Shown here: one piece after another, positions 1-11,077 of the stretch | Layout: each line of letters starts with the position of its first letter | How positions within the stretch are numbered: the first letter of the stretch is position 1 | Assembly (NCBI GenBank): GCA_965112735.1 | Contig: OZ218950.1 | Span: 7,340,488 to 7,404,487 of the forward strand | Source: Phaeosaccion multiseriatum | Taxonomy: Eukaryota > Protista > Ochrophyta, other classes | Direction: 5' to 3' | DNA length: 64,000 bases | Program-made: the position numbers and the translations under genes | Notes under the pieces: generated by a model | What the model was told of the DNA's origin: nothing | What the model saw: the letters and a program-made list of their open reading frames with translations, nothing else | The model's database searches: none

Positions 1-2
1 TG

Positions 3-428
3 GAGTTCACCACGTGGAAGACCAAGGACCTGCTGAAGGAGCTGGAGGAGGGCAAGTGGGTGCCTGCTCTGGCGGGCAAGCGCAGCCTCATGAAGCCCCG
101 CGACAAGAAGGGGCCCAACAAGTGCCCGCCCATGTGGACGGACCTCATGACCAAGGCGGCGGACATCAGGCCGGAGTACCAGCGGGCCGTGGACCTCGTG
201 TATAAGGCCAGCGAGAGTGAGGAGGAGGAGGAGGAGAGCAGCAGCAGCGGCAGAAGCGGCGGAAGCAGCAGCGGCGGTAGTAGCAGCAGCAGTACCAGTA
301 GCAGCAGCAGCAGCAGAAGTAGCACCAGCAGCAGCACGGGAAGCACAGGAGGGTGGGGCAGCGGCTGGGGCGAGATGGAGGACGACGAGGACGAGTCCAA
401 GGATGAGCGGCCGCCAAGCCTGTTCTAA
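3..428 (+). CDS. 3' end of a gene (partial); possibly YqgE/AlgH (DUF179)-like domain with a Ser/Glu-rich tail
   Basis: Frame open from the window start: EFTTWKTKDLLKELEEGKWVPA...PPMWTDLM resembles the DUF179 C-terminal pattern W..xQLxxExxxGxW...LWxxL; coding-like codon usage; stop at 426-428. Confidence 0.4.
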   Translation, partial: EFTTWKTKDLLKELEEGKWVPALAGKRSLMKPRDKKGPNKCPPMWTDLMTKAADIRPEYQRAVDLVYKASESEEEEEESSSSGRSGGSSSGGSSSSSTSSSSSSRSSTSSSTGSTGGWGSGWGEMEDDEDESKDERPPSLF

Positions 429-1916
429 GGGGGCGGCAGAACGGAACAAGAGGGTTGGTTGTACTTACATAGGAATTAAGTTAGGAGTAATTAGGTAAGA
501 TTTGGGAGGATAGATGAAGCAACAGACTGGTAGGGTAGGGGGCTACACAGAGGGACAGACCATAGGCGTCGTCCCCGAGCTGCACAGCACCAGAGGCACG
601 AGCGCGAAGAGGGAGGGGGGGGGAGGGAGGGGTGCATACACATACACATACACACGCACACGGCGCTTCTTCGCTTCTTGTTTGGCTTTGCCTTGGCGGA
701 CGGTGGTTAGTGTTCGGGTTAGGGTTACAGTAGGGTTAGGACGGACGGTGACTGCTTGAGCTTGGGCTTGGGTCGGGCTCAGATTGAGGCGGCTGAGGGA
801 GGCGGTTGATAGGAGACGGCATGGAGAGAGTCGACGGTGGCAGCGCATCGATGGAGGGGCTCAGGGACCGAATGGGACTGATGCACGGGCAGCAGCAGAA
901 GCAGCAGCAGGAGGAGGAGGAGGAGGAGGAGGAGCTGCGGCGGAGAGGAGAGGGGGGAGACCCCGTTTCCACCAGGGGACTCGCGTGTGCCAGACGCAGC
1001 GTGTGCCAGACACAGACACAGACACAGACACAGACACAGCTTCCACTTGCTGTCGAGTCGCAGATTAGAAGAGGGTCGAGGGGGTCGAGCGCACGCACCA
1101 CGCACACGCCCACAGGCCCACAGGACCCGCCGTGCATAGCAATGTCAAGTGCAAGCCATCTCAAGCCGAGGGCGCTCGGCTGACAGACAGGCCCCATCCC
1201 AAGGGCCTCTACAAGGGGGCGTCCCACCAGCTCCACTACACTGTCGGTTGAGCTCGGCACGATGTGGTCAGAGTTTCACTGTCCATGCCGCTCCCTTTTG
1301 CTGCTGAACAAGGTCTGACAGAATGTACATGATTTATTTACTGAATTCTTTTTGACGATACATGGCCAGTTATGCAGCGCAGCGCCTTCTCCCTGTCCGG
1401 CCCACAAGCACGAGCAGGCGCCACACCACCGCCACGCCATTCGACACCACGGAAGGGTGTGGAGCAGCGTCAGCGGCAGCTTCCACAGCTTCCACAGCTT
1501 CCACACAGCGCTGGGCAGCCGAATCTCGGCCACGACGTGGAGGCCCAAGCAAACCGACACCCAAACCGATACTCCCCTCCCCCGGGGTAGGAGGAGATAG
1601 CCTGAAGCGAAGCAGTCATTGTTGTATGAAGAGGACGCACCGCGTGTTCAGCGTTGCCAGAGTTGTCGCAAGTACTGAAGAGCTCAGCGCGGTAAGGACA
1701 GCAAAGGGGGCAGCAGCCACCGCGCCGAAGGGGCTGCGGCTGGCAGCGATAGTTTGAAGGTCCCCACCCGCCCCGCCCGGGGGGACTGGTGGGATCATGG
1801 GGAATCCAACGGGGTGGATGGGACTAAGGGCGAGGCTGAGACGCGTCTGCCCCGCCCTTCTCTCGCACCCCCCCCTTACCAAATTAAACAAGGCAAGTAT
1901 TTGTACGGACTGACTG

Positions 1917-1953
<37 letters not shown>

Positions 1954-2167
1954 GAGGCCATGAACCTGAAATGTTGCTGCCTCTAACCTGAATGTTGCTG
2001 CCTCTCCCTCTCGCTCTCGCGGCCAGTGTGCGTGAACCAAACTGTAGTTTTAATAAAAAAAAGAGCGAGCTGAGCTGTTCCTTCCTCAATCAGCCAATCA
2101 CCCCCCGCTTGAGTCGTGTGTCTCACTACTGACCCACCGCCAAACGCCTCGGAAAGACGACACAAAA

Positions 2168-2205
<38 letters not shown>

Positions 2206-2219
2206 TGCGGTCTGCTCTG

Positions 2220-4203
2220 CTACGGAGCAGGCACGACGCTGTTGTAGTGCGCCCCCAGGGCGAAGTAGTGCTCGTGGAAGGACAGCTTGAGGGGCTCCGC
2301 GTCGGCCTGCTCGTACGCCTCGCCCAAGCGGAGCACCGGAGCAGCTGCGGAGAACACCTAAGCACGCGACGCGATATATACACGCATGGAGTAAGCGAGG
2401 GAAGCGAGCGGGCACGCCGCATTCTTGTCGCATTCTACTGCTGGCCGGCAGCACCCGGGGGGGCCTCCCACGTACCTCGATGGGCAGCTTGAGGCCGTCG
2501 GAGAGGGCCCGGAGCTCCACCTGCCCCCCCCACTCCGCGCTGGTCTCAACCTAGCGGGCAGCAGCAGCACCACGCAGGCACAGGCATATCGACATGACGC
2601 AGGCACAGGCATACGGGCATACGGGCATACAGCCACGACGGATGGGATGGGGTGAGCCGCGGAAGCAAGAGACGTGCAACTCAACTTCAACTTGATCGAT
2701 CGAAGGGGGCTCTGGCTCAGCTCAGGCTCAGGCTTAGTCCCCCACCAACAGCGGTCATGTAGGCGGCCCCTTCCCGCCGGACAATAGCCACCTCTCACAC
2801 ACACATGTACCCACGACGTGACCGCCCCCCCAAGGCACACTTGTACTGACCTTGTCGCAGTACTGATCGAAGCTCTCCCCCTCGAGCTCCTCTGCTAGGA
2901 AGGCCTCGTACTCCCCCCTTGCCCCCCTCAGCTGCCGAGCCGCCACCCCCCGCAGCTCCTCGAAGGCCTCCTCGGTGAGGTCAGGCCGCCTGCCGGTTAC
3001 GCACAGCTGCCGAGCCACGGCTCTGCAGAGGGAGGGCAGGGCAGGAACAGAGCAGAAGGGCCGAGGGGGAGAGAGGACAGAAAGATTGATATCAGCAAGG
3101 CAGCTGGCCAGCCGGGCTCCGACCTCCCTCTCCCTCTCCCTCTCCCTCCGCCATCCCTCCCACCTGTACAAGCAGTGCCCGTCGCTCTTGATCTCTTCCA
3201 CCCGCAGGCCCAGGGCCCTAATGCCTTGCTGAATGGCCTCCAGCTCCACGTCCCTCGGGTCCGGGCCTCCGCTACGGCGCTCCTCCGCGATCCTGTCCTC
3301 CCTCTCTCTCTCCTTGGCTGCCTTCTTGTCTCGCTTGGCTTTTGCCTTGAGTCTCGCCTGCTCGCGGTGGGTTGGTCGGGGCATAGCAACGAGGGTGGGC
3401 AGTGTAAGACAAGCGCCTGGTAGCCTCTCCTCTCTTTTCCCGTGGGTCCACATTCACACTCACGCTCACACGCACGCACGCACGCACGCACCTTCTCGAC
3501 TTTTTGCCTCGCCCTGTCCGCCTCGGTCTCCCCGCTGTCTGCGCTGCCTGCACTTTTCTCGTCAGCAGCCCCCTCCCCCGCCGCGTTGGCAGCGATACTG
3601 AGCTTCTCCAAGCTCGCCTGCGCCGCTGCTGCTTCCCCTACAGAGTTGAGGTGCACGGCAGTAGGAGGAGCGAGCGATAGGGCGAGTGACTGCGAGCGCC
3701 TCATGACTGGAGACTACTGCGTGGCTGATTCCTTCGTGCTCAATCTAAAACGGCGCTTCGGCTCCCTGGCTCAAGCCCTCCCCCACCTCACTTAGTGGTT
3801 AGGCGGCCTCTTTACCTCGGGCCTCACGTACCTCCGCCGCCCTCCTCTTCTTGACGCTCCTCGCGCTCCTCCAGCTGCTGTAGCTCCTCGCGGTGCCTGG
3901 CTTTCATGGCATACTCCAGCTGAGAGCAGCGCAAAACAGTCAGAGAGAAATCATCAATTAAGGCTGTATCCTCATGCGCTTTCGTCGCTTGTGTATTTAT
4001 ATGTGTGAGAGGGGGGGGAGTTCCTCTCCCCCTTTTCTTTTCTCTCTCCTCCTCATTCACTCACTCACCCGCAGGGCCTCGGCCGCGGCCTCCTCCTTCC
4101 GGGCCTTACCCTTGGCCTTCTTCAGAAGCGCCCGGCCCTGCCCCTCTGCCTCCCGGGCCTCCTTCTTGTGCCGCGCTTCGACGTCTCTGTCCTCCATCTT
4201 CAT
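2220..4203 (-). CDS. OTUD6B: OTU-domain deubiquitinase, OTUD6B/Otu2-like (multi-exon)
   Basis: Spliced exons give an N-terminal ARHKKE coiled coil, Cys box EIKSDGHCLYRAVARQL, EWGGQVELRALS and His box LSFHEHYFALGAHYNSV; GT-AG introns. Confidence 0.9.
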
Positions 4204-4577
4204 TAGTAGATAATCATCCTTCCTTCCTTTCAGGTTCCCGATTGCTAAAAGACCTTTTATTCGTCATCCGTGTTATTCCCGCTCCCACCTTTTCTTTGTT
4301 GTTCTCTCACACAACACGAGAAGGATTGCCTCCAGGAGAAGGACAGAGCGAAGGGAAGAGAAGACTGCCAGTAGAGTGAACGATAGGCAGGAATCGTGCC
4401 GTTCATCGTCTCGTCGGCAGCAGCACAAATAGCTACGTGCGGTTACGTGTGCGACTGGGAACAAGAACAACCCCTTACATTTACGCCACCTACGCAGGGC
4501 TAGGATTAACAGGTCTGCTCCTCACAGCAGGCGAGCAGCTGCAACGCACGTGGTGCCGTTGGTTGGTGTAGTGTGGT

Positions 4578-6541
4578 ATGACGATTGGGGGCTCGTTTCG
4601 TCCGCTAGACATAGTTGTTGCAAGTGGCGGCCTCAGCAGCTGCACCAGCAGAGGCAGGGGAGAAAAGGGAGGAAGGAGATACTGGATGCTCAGGGCGCTG
4701 CCGCTTATGGTCTTCATCGCAGCGTACAAATTGGTGCTGCAGCCCATCTCGTCCTTGTCCTACGAGGTGTGGAGGCATGACTGGAGCTTCTCGCAGGGGC
4801 TCAAGGGCTATTTCCGAGCCAGGTGAGCCTTCGAGGTGTGCGGTCCTCGCCCTCCCGGGCCTTGCCCCTTTTGGAGTGACTGCACGAGCATCATCGTTGG
4901 GTCTTCCACGCCTCACTCTCACAACCTCTCCCTCCCCGTCATGGCCTTGTTTGCAGATGCAAGTGCGTGTTTGTGCATCTGCAAAAGACGGGAGGCACGA
5001 CAGTCGAGGTGAGAGCCGTGTGGAGGAGATGACACTCGCCGGGCGAGGGCAGCCACAGATGGCAGCAGACGCCATCAACTGCAGAGAGCACTGCTGTGCA
5101 GTCTGTGCAGCCTGTATTGTGCCCCTCTGAACTCTATTTCTCCTGCCCCCCCCCCCCCCTCAGAATCGGCTGTACTCGGTGGCTGGGGTACGGCTGCGCG
5201 GGTCCTGCCACGATAGGCCGGACGAGATCGAGCAAGGAGACCCGGAGGCGTGGGAAAGGTGAGTCGCCCCATTTCCCGTGAGGCGTTATCGTCGTAAGAG
5301 GAGCATTTTCGGAGTTATGTAGAGGTATATTGTCACCCCCTCCTCTGTGTGCGAGCAACCCAATGCTCCTAATGCCTAACTGACAACCCCGACTCGTCCC
5401 CCTCCACCCTCTACCCTCCTCCTGACACCAGCTACTTCAAGTTCTCTCTGGTGCGCAATCCCTACGCCGTGCTGGTGAGCACATTTGAGTACGACCGCCA
5501 GTTCGAGGGGCACCAAAGCTGGAAGGACGCCACCGAGGAGGGACACCAGGACCTTGCAAAGGTTAGTCAGGCGCCGCCATGCACCCAATACACATGGGCA
5601 AGCACATGGGCAAGCACATGGGCAAGCACATGGGCAAGCAGGGACCTCGTGTGGTTGAGGTGCAGGTGTGCTTCCCTGCGTCACTCTCTCCCTCCCTCCC
5701 TCCCGCAGATGGGCACTTCCAAGCATTACGAGGACTTCCGCCGTTGGCTGTCGTCCCCCGAGGGCAGGTGGGGGATGCATGAGCACGAAATGAGCCACGT
5801 CCTGTACGGGGACGAAGGGGAGCTCCTGGTGAGAGAGGGGGGGGCAGACCACGAGAGAGAGAGGGAGGGAGGGAGGGAGGGACGGAGGGACGGAGGCAAA
5901 GAGGGAGAGAGAGAGCGATGAGGAGAAAGACAGATAGAGTTATCTTTGCTACCCGCTTCCCACCCCCTCTGCCTGCCTTCCTTGCTTACCCTGCCTGTAA
6001 AGGTGGACCAAGTGGTCCGCTTGGAGGAGCTCGATCAGACCTGGAGGGACGTGGTGTGCAAGAAGGTGAGGAGTGAGCGTTGAGGTGGGCAGTGCTGGGC
6101 GGGTTGTGAGACAGACAGTGAGGGCCGAGTGGGTAGGTGCTATGTGCGAAAAGGTGGGGCAGAGTGAGGCCAGCGCGGAGACAGGCAGCCGCTTCCTTCC
6201 ACGCTGCGTGTGCCACTGTCGAAGCCGCCCTTCCTTCTGTCCGGGAGGGACAGTGAGGAAGGACAAGGCACTCATCACTAGAATCGCCATCCCTCCCTCC
6301 TCAGGCCAGACACTTGGACTGTGCGGCGTTCCCCGCCCCCTCCCGCAGCACGTCGCACGGCTTCTGGGGCCTGTACTATGACAGAGAGAGCGCCCTGCTC
6401 GTGCAGAGGGAGCTCAGCAAGGACTTCGAGAACTTCGGGTACCACATTGACAGCTGGAGGGGGGAGGGAGGGGAGGGAGGGGGTGGGGGGGAGCACCACC
6501 TCACAGCTGTGAGAGGTGGTGGCGGCAACGCAGTCCCGTGA
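4578..6541 (+). CDS. Membrane-anchored sulfotransferase (Sulfotransfer_2 / carbohydrate sulfotransferase-like), multi-exon
   Basis: N-terminal hydrophobic anchor; 5'-PSB motif VFVHLQKTGGTTVE (~4965-5008); 3'-PB motif FSLVRNPYAVLVS (~5441-5480); VVRLEEL; C-terminal YYD...V..ELSKDFENFGY. Confidence 0.85.
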
Positions 6542-7215
6542 GTGCGTGTGAGGAGGGACATGAGGCAGACTCGAGTGGGATCTCTCCATCCACTGCCTTC
6601 CATCCCTCCCTCGCGACGGTTGCTTGCATGGCGTGGTCAGTCCGTCCGTTCAGTCCCTGCTCGCCTACGCCTTCCCCAAACACCCACTTCAAGCACCCCA
6701 AGCTGATGCACTTGTTGCGGGTCTCCACTCAGTGGCAAAGAGCTCTGGTAGGTACCTTTTAGTGCGACGATGCGCATCATCATATGCGGAGGAGAGCACA
6801 GGCGGGCTCTCAGCCGCACAACGTCCATCGAGGGCAAGGAAGAGAAGGGCGGTAGGACTGGGGACGGTGGGGCGGGAGATACGGAGGCATACCGAGGCAT
6901 ACGAGGGCCTTTGCTGCCCTCTTGCCCTCTTGCCCCTCTCAGGCTGTAGATACACACTCGCTTGGCACAGCCATATTCTTTGGGGTAAAGCACTGCTAAG
7001 GGTAAAGCACTGCTGCTACATGTGCACGGGTGATGCACATGACGCTCACGGGATGAGGAAGCGCCACAGGCAGAGGCAGAGGCAGAGGCTCGACGACTTA
7101 GTGTAACTGAAAACTGAAAATGAATGAGACAGTTACAGGACTTGCCCTCTCAGCCCAGTGACGTCACGCGGTACTTCGGTACTTCCTACTCCGAGGCGTT
7201 TCCCTCTCTGCTCAG

Positions 7216-10200
7216 TCACGCGGCCCACACGGCGATGGCCCTCAGCGGGCGCCGCTCGTCTCGGCCGCCCCTCAGCCCCAGCGTCGAACGCGCGTGGTGC
7301 AGCAAACAAGCCCCCAGCCGCCCCTGCCCATATGCCTGCCCCTGCCCGTTTGACTGCACTACGCCCTCACCCTCTGGACCCCCCCCTCGCCCCTTGTGGC
7401 GCCCCCCCCCGGTGACCATGACGACTCGGAGTCCCCCCTCCCTCAGCGCCTCCTTCCTCTCCACCAAACACACGTGCCTCAGAGCGGCGATGGCCGTCCC
7501 CACCGAGAAGCCGCGTACGTCCATCACGTGCGCACCCTCGCCGCCACCGCTCCCTGCTCCCTCCGTATCACCACCCGCTGCATCATCCCCCCCTGCCGCT
7601 GCCCAGTGTTGGAAGAAGCCCTTCTCGAACCCCTCGCGGTACAGTGCGTCTGCGAACAAGACACGGGGGGAGCCCTTCCCCTCAGAGGCAGTCGGCTGCG
7701 AGGCACTCCCGTCAGAGGCACTCCCGTCAGAGGCACTTCGAGGAGCTTGAGCACCAACATGGTCGTCAGAATGGTCGCCGCCACCGCCCTTGACGACATC
7801 GCTGAGCAGCAGCGCTTCGACGGCGGCCTCCAGCACGCCCTTGCTCAGCACACCGAGCTGGCGCGCGTCCGACACCAGGCCCTCCACGTCTGACACCAGG
7901 TGCCGCTCCTCCTCCTCCTCCTCCTCCTCCCCGGCGGCGGCCGCCTGCCAGGCGCTTGCCGCCTCTCCGCAGGCATGGATCAGCGCCTCGTACGCGAGGG
8001 ACGACCCACGCAAGCCCTTACCACGCATCTCCGCCAGCAGCTCGGCACCCTTGACGTGCTCCCCGGCCTTGACACAAGCAAGGACGGCGGTGTCGAGCAC
8101 GTAGGGGCGGCCTTTGGGCATGCTGCGGAAGCAGGCAATGGCCCCGTCCGCGTCTTTGGCGTTTCCGTATGCTCGGATCACTTGATTGAACGTCACGGAG
8201 TTAGGCTCGAGCCCCCTCCCCTCCATCTCCTTCATGAGCTCCACGGCCGATACAGAATCTCCGACGGCAGCGAAGGCCCCAATGGCGGCGTTGTAGCACT
8301 GACGGTTGGGCAGGGGCGGCCGTGGTCCTGCAGAGTCCCCCTCTTGCTGCCCCTCCTCCATCCCCTCCATCCCCTCCATCATGCTGTTCAGCAGCTGGCG
8401 CGCCTTGCGTGGCTCCAGGGCCTTTGCACACGCATGAATGGCGGCCCCGTAGCACTTGACTGAGGGCCGCACTGGGGGATGACAGTCAATGGCCATGACC
8501 CGCAGCAGCTCCAACGCCGTCTCGCTGTCCCCAACCTGCGAGCAGGCCGCAATGGCGCAGGCGAAGGTCTCCGAGTCGGGCTGGAGCGCCCCTCCCTGCT
8601 GCTGCATCTCCTGCAGCAGCTCTAGCGCCAGCCCCTTCTGACCCGCCTTGCCGCACACGCTCATGACGGATGTGTAGCACAACAGGTTGGGCTCCACCCC
8701 GTCCGAGCGCATGTCCTCCAGCAGCGACAGCGCCGTCTTGAAGTCGGGAGGCTGACCCCAACCCTGATCATCCAGACCATCCTGACCGTGAATCTTGTTC
8801 TCCCTCCCCACCTCACCGTCCAGCTGGACCCCCTGCAGCCTTTCAGATCCGCAGCACATAATGGCGAAGTTGTAGACCTGTGGCGAGGGGGCCATGCCCA
8901 CCGAGCGCATCTCCTGCAGAAGGCTCAGCACCAGGCGCAGCTGCCCGCCCGCTGCGCACGCCTTGACTACCCCGGCGTAGACTGCCATCGTGGGCGTAGG
9001 CCCTCCCTCTGCCACCCCTTGCTGCATGCTTGCCAGCAGCCCTAGCGCGGCTTGTGCTCGGCCTCGAGCGGCTTTCGCTTGGGCTTGGGCCCCTCTGTCA
9101 TGTGCCGTGGGGCGGGGTGGGAGGGCTTCAGAGGACGCGTGTCTCGCGGCGCACGCTCGCACGGCCGCCGCAAAGCTCATCGCGTCGGGACGAGGATGAC
9201 GGGACTTCTGCCCCTCCTCCCCCTGCTGTGCCTGCCACCGCCGCTGCATGTCGGACAGCAGCCACAGGGCCGTGCGGTGCTCCTGCCCGCCGGCACGAGC
9301 ACACGCGCCGATGGCGGTGTTGTAGCTTATGGCATCGGGCTGGATCCCCTTGCTGCGCATCTCATCGAGCAGCTGGACGGCTCGCTGCGCCCCCCCTCTG
9401 CCGGAGCAGGCGCGTAGCTGGAGGTTATAGGAGTACGTCCTGGGGTACGACATGCTCTTCCTCGTGCGGTCAACGGCAGCAGCAGCAGCAGCAGCAGAAG
9501 GGGAGGGGGCGTGCACATCCGGCCAAGTCGCGCGTGCCCCGTGCTTGTTTTTGTTGAGCTTTCCCCACATGGGCCCCCGCAGCCCCAGCGCCTCTTCCAC
9601 GGCTCTTGCTGCCTCCCCAGCCACCAAATCTTCTGCCGAACCCCCTCTCTGGGAGCCCGAACCCCCCCCCTGCTGCTTGCCCTGCCGCTGGGGCTTCTGA
9701 CATGCTTGCAGCACGGTTTCAGTCACCCCCGGCGGCGGCATCTGCCCCCTCCTTACGAGGTCTGCAAGCAGCTCCAGCGCCAGGTCGACGGCCCCGCTCC
9801 TGCTCGCCTCCGTGATGGTAAGTGCGCAAGTGTCCAGCTCCTGCAAGGAGGTAGAGCCGGCGCCGCTCCAGTCACAGTCACTCGAGCGCGCCTCGGCCAG
9901 AATGGCTCGCGCGCGGTGGAAGCGGCGCTTCTGGACGGCCTCGAGCAATGCGGCGCTGTACAGGGCCCCGTCCGGCTGCTGCAGGCCCTTGTCCTTCACC
10001 AGCTCCAACACCTTCAGTGGGGAGGCGGCTGCAGCAGGAGGGGCACCACCACCACCACCACCACCACCAGCAGCAGCAGCGGTGCTTTCTTCTCTGGTGG
10101 TGCCTGTGCTCCCACTCATCCCCCTCCTGCTGCTGCTGCTGCCGTGCGCTTTGTGCCTCACGTGCCCATTGTAAGCACACGTAAAGGCGGACCACATGCT

Positions 10201-10365
10201 GCTCATGCTGCTGCTCGCACCGCCCCTTCTACTGGGAATGGCAGTGCTGCTAAACACCCGAACGGTGACTCGGCTCTTGCTGCTGCTACTGCTCCTCCTC
10301 CTCCTTCGCAGCAGGGGTCGAGAGCGGGAAGCTGCATGGCTCAGGCGCTGCACCGAAGCGGGCAT
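7216..10365 (-). CDS. Pentatricopeptide repeat protein with C-terminal SMR domain (PPR-SMR), single long ORF
   Basis: Many 35-aa PPR motifs (PDAISYNTAIGAC, PNLLCYTSVMSVCGKAG, PNSVTFNQVIRAYG); SMR-like MDVRGFSVGTAIAAL...VVMVTGGGRH; first ATG at 10365. Confidence 0.88.
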   Translation of the reverse strand: MPASVQRLSHAASRSRPLLRRRRRSSSSSKSRVTVRVFSSTAIPSRRGGASSSMSSMWSAFTCAYNGHVRHKAHGSSSSRRGMSGSTGTTREESTAAAAGGGGGGGGAPPAAAASPLKVLELVKDKGLQQPDGALYSAALLEAVQKRRFHRARAILAEARSSDCDWSGAGSTSLQELDTCALTITEASRSGAVDLALELLADLVRRGQMPPPGVTETVLQACQKPQRQGKQQGGGSGSQRGGSAEDLVAGEAARAVEEALGLRGPMWGKLNKNKHGARATWPDVHAPSPSAAAAAAAVDRTRKSMSYPRTYSYNLQLRACSGRGGAQRAVQLLDEMRSKGIQPDAISYNTAIGACARAGGQEHRTALWLLSDMQRRWQAQQGEEGQKSRHPRPDAMSFAAAVRACAARHASSEALPPRPTAHDRGAQAQAKAARGRAQAALGLLASMQQGVAEGGPTPTMAVYAGVVKACAAGGQLRLVLSLLQEMRSVGMAPSPQVYNFAIMCCGSERLQGVQLDGEVGRENKIHGQDGLDDQGWGQPPDFKTALSLLEDMRSDGVEPNLLCYTSVMSVCGKAGQKGLALELLQEMQQQGGALQPDSETFACAIAACSQVGDSETALELLRVMAIDCHPPVRPSVKCYGAAIHACAKALEPRKARQLLNSMMEGMEGMEEGQQEGDSAGPRPPLPNRQCYNAAIGAFAAVGDSVSAVELMKEMEGRGLEPNSVTFNQVIRAYGNAKDADGAIACFRSMPKGRPYVLDTAVLACVKAGEHVKGAELLAEMRGKGLRGSSLAYEALIHACGEAASAWQAAAAGEEEEEEEERHLVSDVEGLVSDARQLGVLSKGVLEAAVEALLLSDVVKGGGGDHSDDHVGAQAPRSASDGSASDGSASQPTASEGKGSPRVLFADALYREGFEKGFFQHWAAAGGDDAAGGDTEGAGSGGGEGAHVMDVRGFSVGTAIAALRHVCLVERKEALREGGLRVVMVTGGGRHKGRGGGPEGEGVVQSNGQGQAYGQGRLGACLLHHARSTLGLRGGRDERRPLRAIAVWAA

Positions 10366-10445
10366 TGGTTTGGCAATGACGCCCCTCCTAGGCACTCGTC
10401 CTCATCGTGAGGAAGGAGGCCCCAATGCTCATCAGGGCTTCCTTT

Positions 10446-10560
<115 letters not shown>

Positions 10561-11077
10561 ATTTCCCCGCTCAACCCCAATCCAGTAACTGGTGATAATG
10601 AATGACACACGATACTTTCTCTCCTCTAATGAAGCAAGGGTTTGGGGATCTGATGAATTTGAGTTTCACCTCGGATTGGGTTTGGCACGTTGCATTCTCC
10701 CCCCTCTTCTCTCTTTGGTCTGCTCTCTTCTCTCAAGAGGACAGGACTACAACATAAGAGCCGAAGGTAAGAGGACTGCGGAGATCAAAGAGGCGCTGCC
10801 GCAGTGCCGCTGCCGGTCCTGGAAGTAAAGGGCTCACAGAGAGGGGCAGCGAACAAGAGAGGGAAGAAGGGTGGAAGGAAGCGTGGGACGAAGAAGCTTT
10901 CACGGCGCCGTGCACTCCTCCTTTCTTGGCGTATCGCACAAAGAAGCTCCCCTGATCGTGTCCTGCACACACGTAAGTCTCTGTAGCTCGTTGCAGCTGA
11001 TGCCATTCCCTCTTTGCGATTCCACTGACAGTCGGGCACCTCAAGAGCCTTTCCCCCAGTGGCGCCAGCAGGGCAGC

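Noticed and set aside
500-2100. Several short ORFs between the first gene and the OTU gene
   Set aside because: Low complexity, no recognisable domain or consistent exon chain; a gene or lncRNA cannot be supported from sequence alone
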